DNA of 64,000 nucleotides, taken from Pavona decussata (lineage: Eukaryota). The notes under the pieces are model-generated. The model saw only the letters and a list, made by a program, of their open reading frames with translations. It did no database searches and had not been told where the DNA came from. Below, piece by piece: positions 62,101-64,000 of this stretch; positions within the stretch are counted from its first letter, which is position 1; every line of letters begins with the position of its first letter. The DNA is taken from assembly GCA_977016875.1 (NCBI GenBank), contig CDRNST010000167.1:62001-126000 (forward strand). The letters are read 5' to 3'. The position numbers and the translations under genes were made by a program.

Positions 62101-64000
62101 GGCCACCATAAGAAATGGAGGAAATCGCACTGTTCAGGCGGTACTCTAACCTGATGGAACATAGCCTCCACATCTCCTAAGAAGGCAACGGGGTCTTCAC
62201 GAAACCTGATTAATACTCCTACCAAGGAATTCGTGAGGTCGGGACCTTGGAGTAACTGGTCATTAAGGGACACTCCATTGAAACTCGCACTGCAATCAAA
62301 TACTACGCGTATTCTGTCCGGTTTTTTCGGATGATAAATCCCATGGTGGGGAAGATACCATACTTTGCCGGGCCTTGCTGCGCCTGACTCGTTTGGGACC
62401 TTTTGGGCATAGCCTTTGGCGATAACATCGTTGACAAATTTAGTGTAGTCAGTATGGTACTTTGCATCTCGAAGCATCTTCTTCTTCTGCCAGTTAGCTC
62501 TTTTGATTGCTTGTTCTTTGTTGTTGGGCATGGTGATGTCCTGTGCTCGGAAGGGGAGCGGGATCTCATAATGTCCGTTAACGTTGCGGACACCTTTTTC
62601 TGCCATGTCCAAAAACTTCCTGTCTTCTTGTGAGTATCCACGCTCGTCTGGGACTTTGCTTACAGTGTGATCGTTAAAGTCCATTTCAAACATACTCAGC
62701 AACGACTTGGGCGCGATGATCTCCTTGTTAAATTCGACTTCCCGCACAGTGATGCGATTCACGGTAATCGTACTGCAACTTTGATCAGTTTCAACTTGCA
62801 AGGGGCCACTGACGGTCCAGCCGTGATGGAGGCGGAGGGCAAAAGGGCCGTCACCATGACTGGGTATCACTTCTAATGGTTCCAGGGCAACTGGACAATT
62901 GCTGCCGATCAATAAACCTATTTCAAGGTCAGGCCGATGTGCAGGGATTTTCTGAGCAACCTCTGAAAGATGTTCCCAGCGACTTAGGAGTTCAGGTGTT
63001 GGAATTTGATGATGGCCTGCTGGAATCTCATCACTCGTGAAGGTACGGGGCAACTCAATGGGATTATTGTCATCTAAGTCTGTGACAACAAGGTCAGCTA
63101 GAACGGTGGTTTCAACTCGGCTATGACCGTGCATTGTTCCAAGTTGAAGAACTGTCTCAACGCCTTCTTCACCTATCAGTCTCCTAATGTTTTCGGTTAC
63201 AAAACAGCCACTGCTACCACCGTCATAGAATGCATAGGTGGTGACTGACTCAGCGTTGCCTTTCTTCCTTATTTTGATGGGGAGAATAGCATGTAAGACA
63301 ACAGTTTCCTTGTTGATAGTCGCATTGCACACAGTCTCAGATATATCAACACATCCGTTCTCCACCACAGTGGTGGGCTTGACGTTGGAATTGTCGGTCT
63401 CACTGTTTCCATCTTTCTTATTTGGTTTGAAATCATCCATGTGGAGTGCCGTGGGGTGTCGTTTTCCACATTTCTGACAGGTTCGTTTTTTCAAACAGTT
63501 CCTTGACACGTGATTGGTACCATAACAAGCAAAACAGAGCTTCCTGTCTCCGAGGAATGACCTTTTCTCTTCTATTGTCCGCTTTCGGAAGTCATCACAG
63601 TCGTCCAAGTCATGAGGCTTGTTGCATAATAGACAGCTTCCTGTGTTAGAGTCACAACATTTAGTGTTCCTCAATGATACTGATGCAGGAGGTGTGTTAA
63701 CATTTGTTGCGAAACTGCTGCTCCTCTGATTTGGTAGTTGTGTTCTCTTGGTACTATCTCTGATACTACTAGCTTTGTGCTTCTGTTCACCCTTGTTCAG
63801 GGCTTGGCTGCCATAAATGGGATCGTTAGCTGATTCAGCGGCTGATTCAACAAATTCTGCGATGTCCTTGAAATCAGCTATCCTTCCTTTCTCCTTTAAT
63901 TTGACAACTCGGTCACGCCACCTTGACTGTAGGTGAGGCGGAAGCTTTCGGGCAATTGTCTGCATGTTAGTGGGGTGATTCAGCTCCGTCATATGAGACA
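59190..64000 (-). mobile_element. BEL/Pao LTR retrotransposon gag-pol; near intact with one in-frame stop, running off the window
   Basis: Triple Cys/His knuckles, protease (AFYDGGS), RT (YLPHH, RVVFD, FYVDD), RNase H (FSDAS, PRLEL) and integrase (GVDFFGP, SDNGTNF, GVWER). The two ORFs are in the same frame, separated by a TAG at 61191-61193. Confidence 0.97.

Overview
Eukaryotic (animal) genomic DNA, AT-rich and with GT-AG introns. The MITE/SINE repertoire suggests a cnidarian, probably a stony coral (inference). I see no convincing host gene, rRNA, tRNA gene or CRISPR array. The window is an almost continuous pile of nested, mostly decayed transposons from many superfamilies: L1/Tx1, pogo (carrying an intact HIRAN ORF), Academ, piggyBac, MULE, Kolobok, two Gypsy elements (one with a MYND finger), CMC/EnSpm, Crypton, Zator-like, Sola-like, Harbinger, hAT, BEL/Pao and Helentron-like elements. 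Many boundaries (TIRs, LTRs, TSDs) can be read directly from the sequence. The most striking higher-order signal is orientation: 12 of 15 orientable elements have their main coding remnant on the minus strand, and almost every element is from a different family. That is the architecture expected of a uni-strand, flamenco-like piRNA cluster transcribed from the plus strand; this is a hypothesis that needs small-RNA data. Family assignments come from motif recognition by eye, not database searches.
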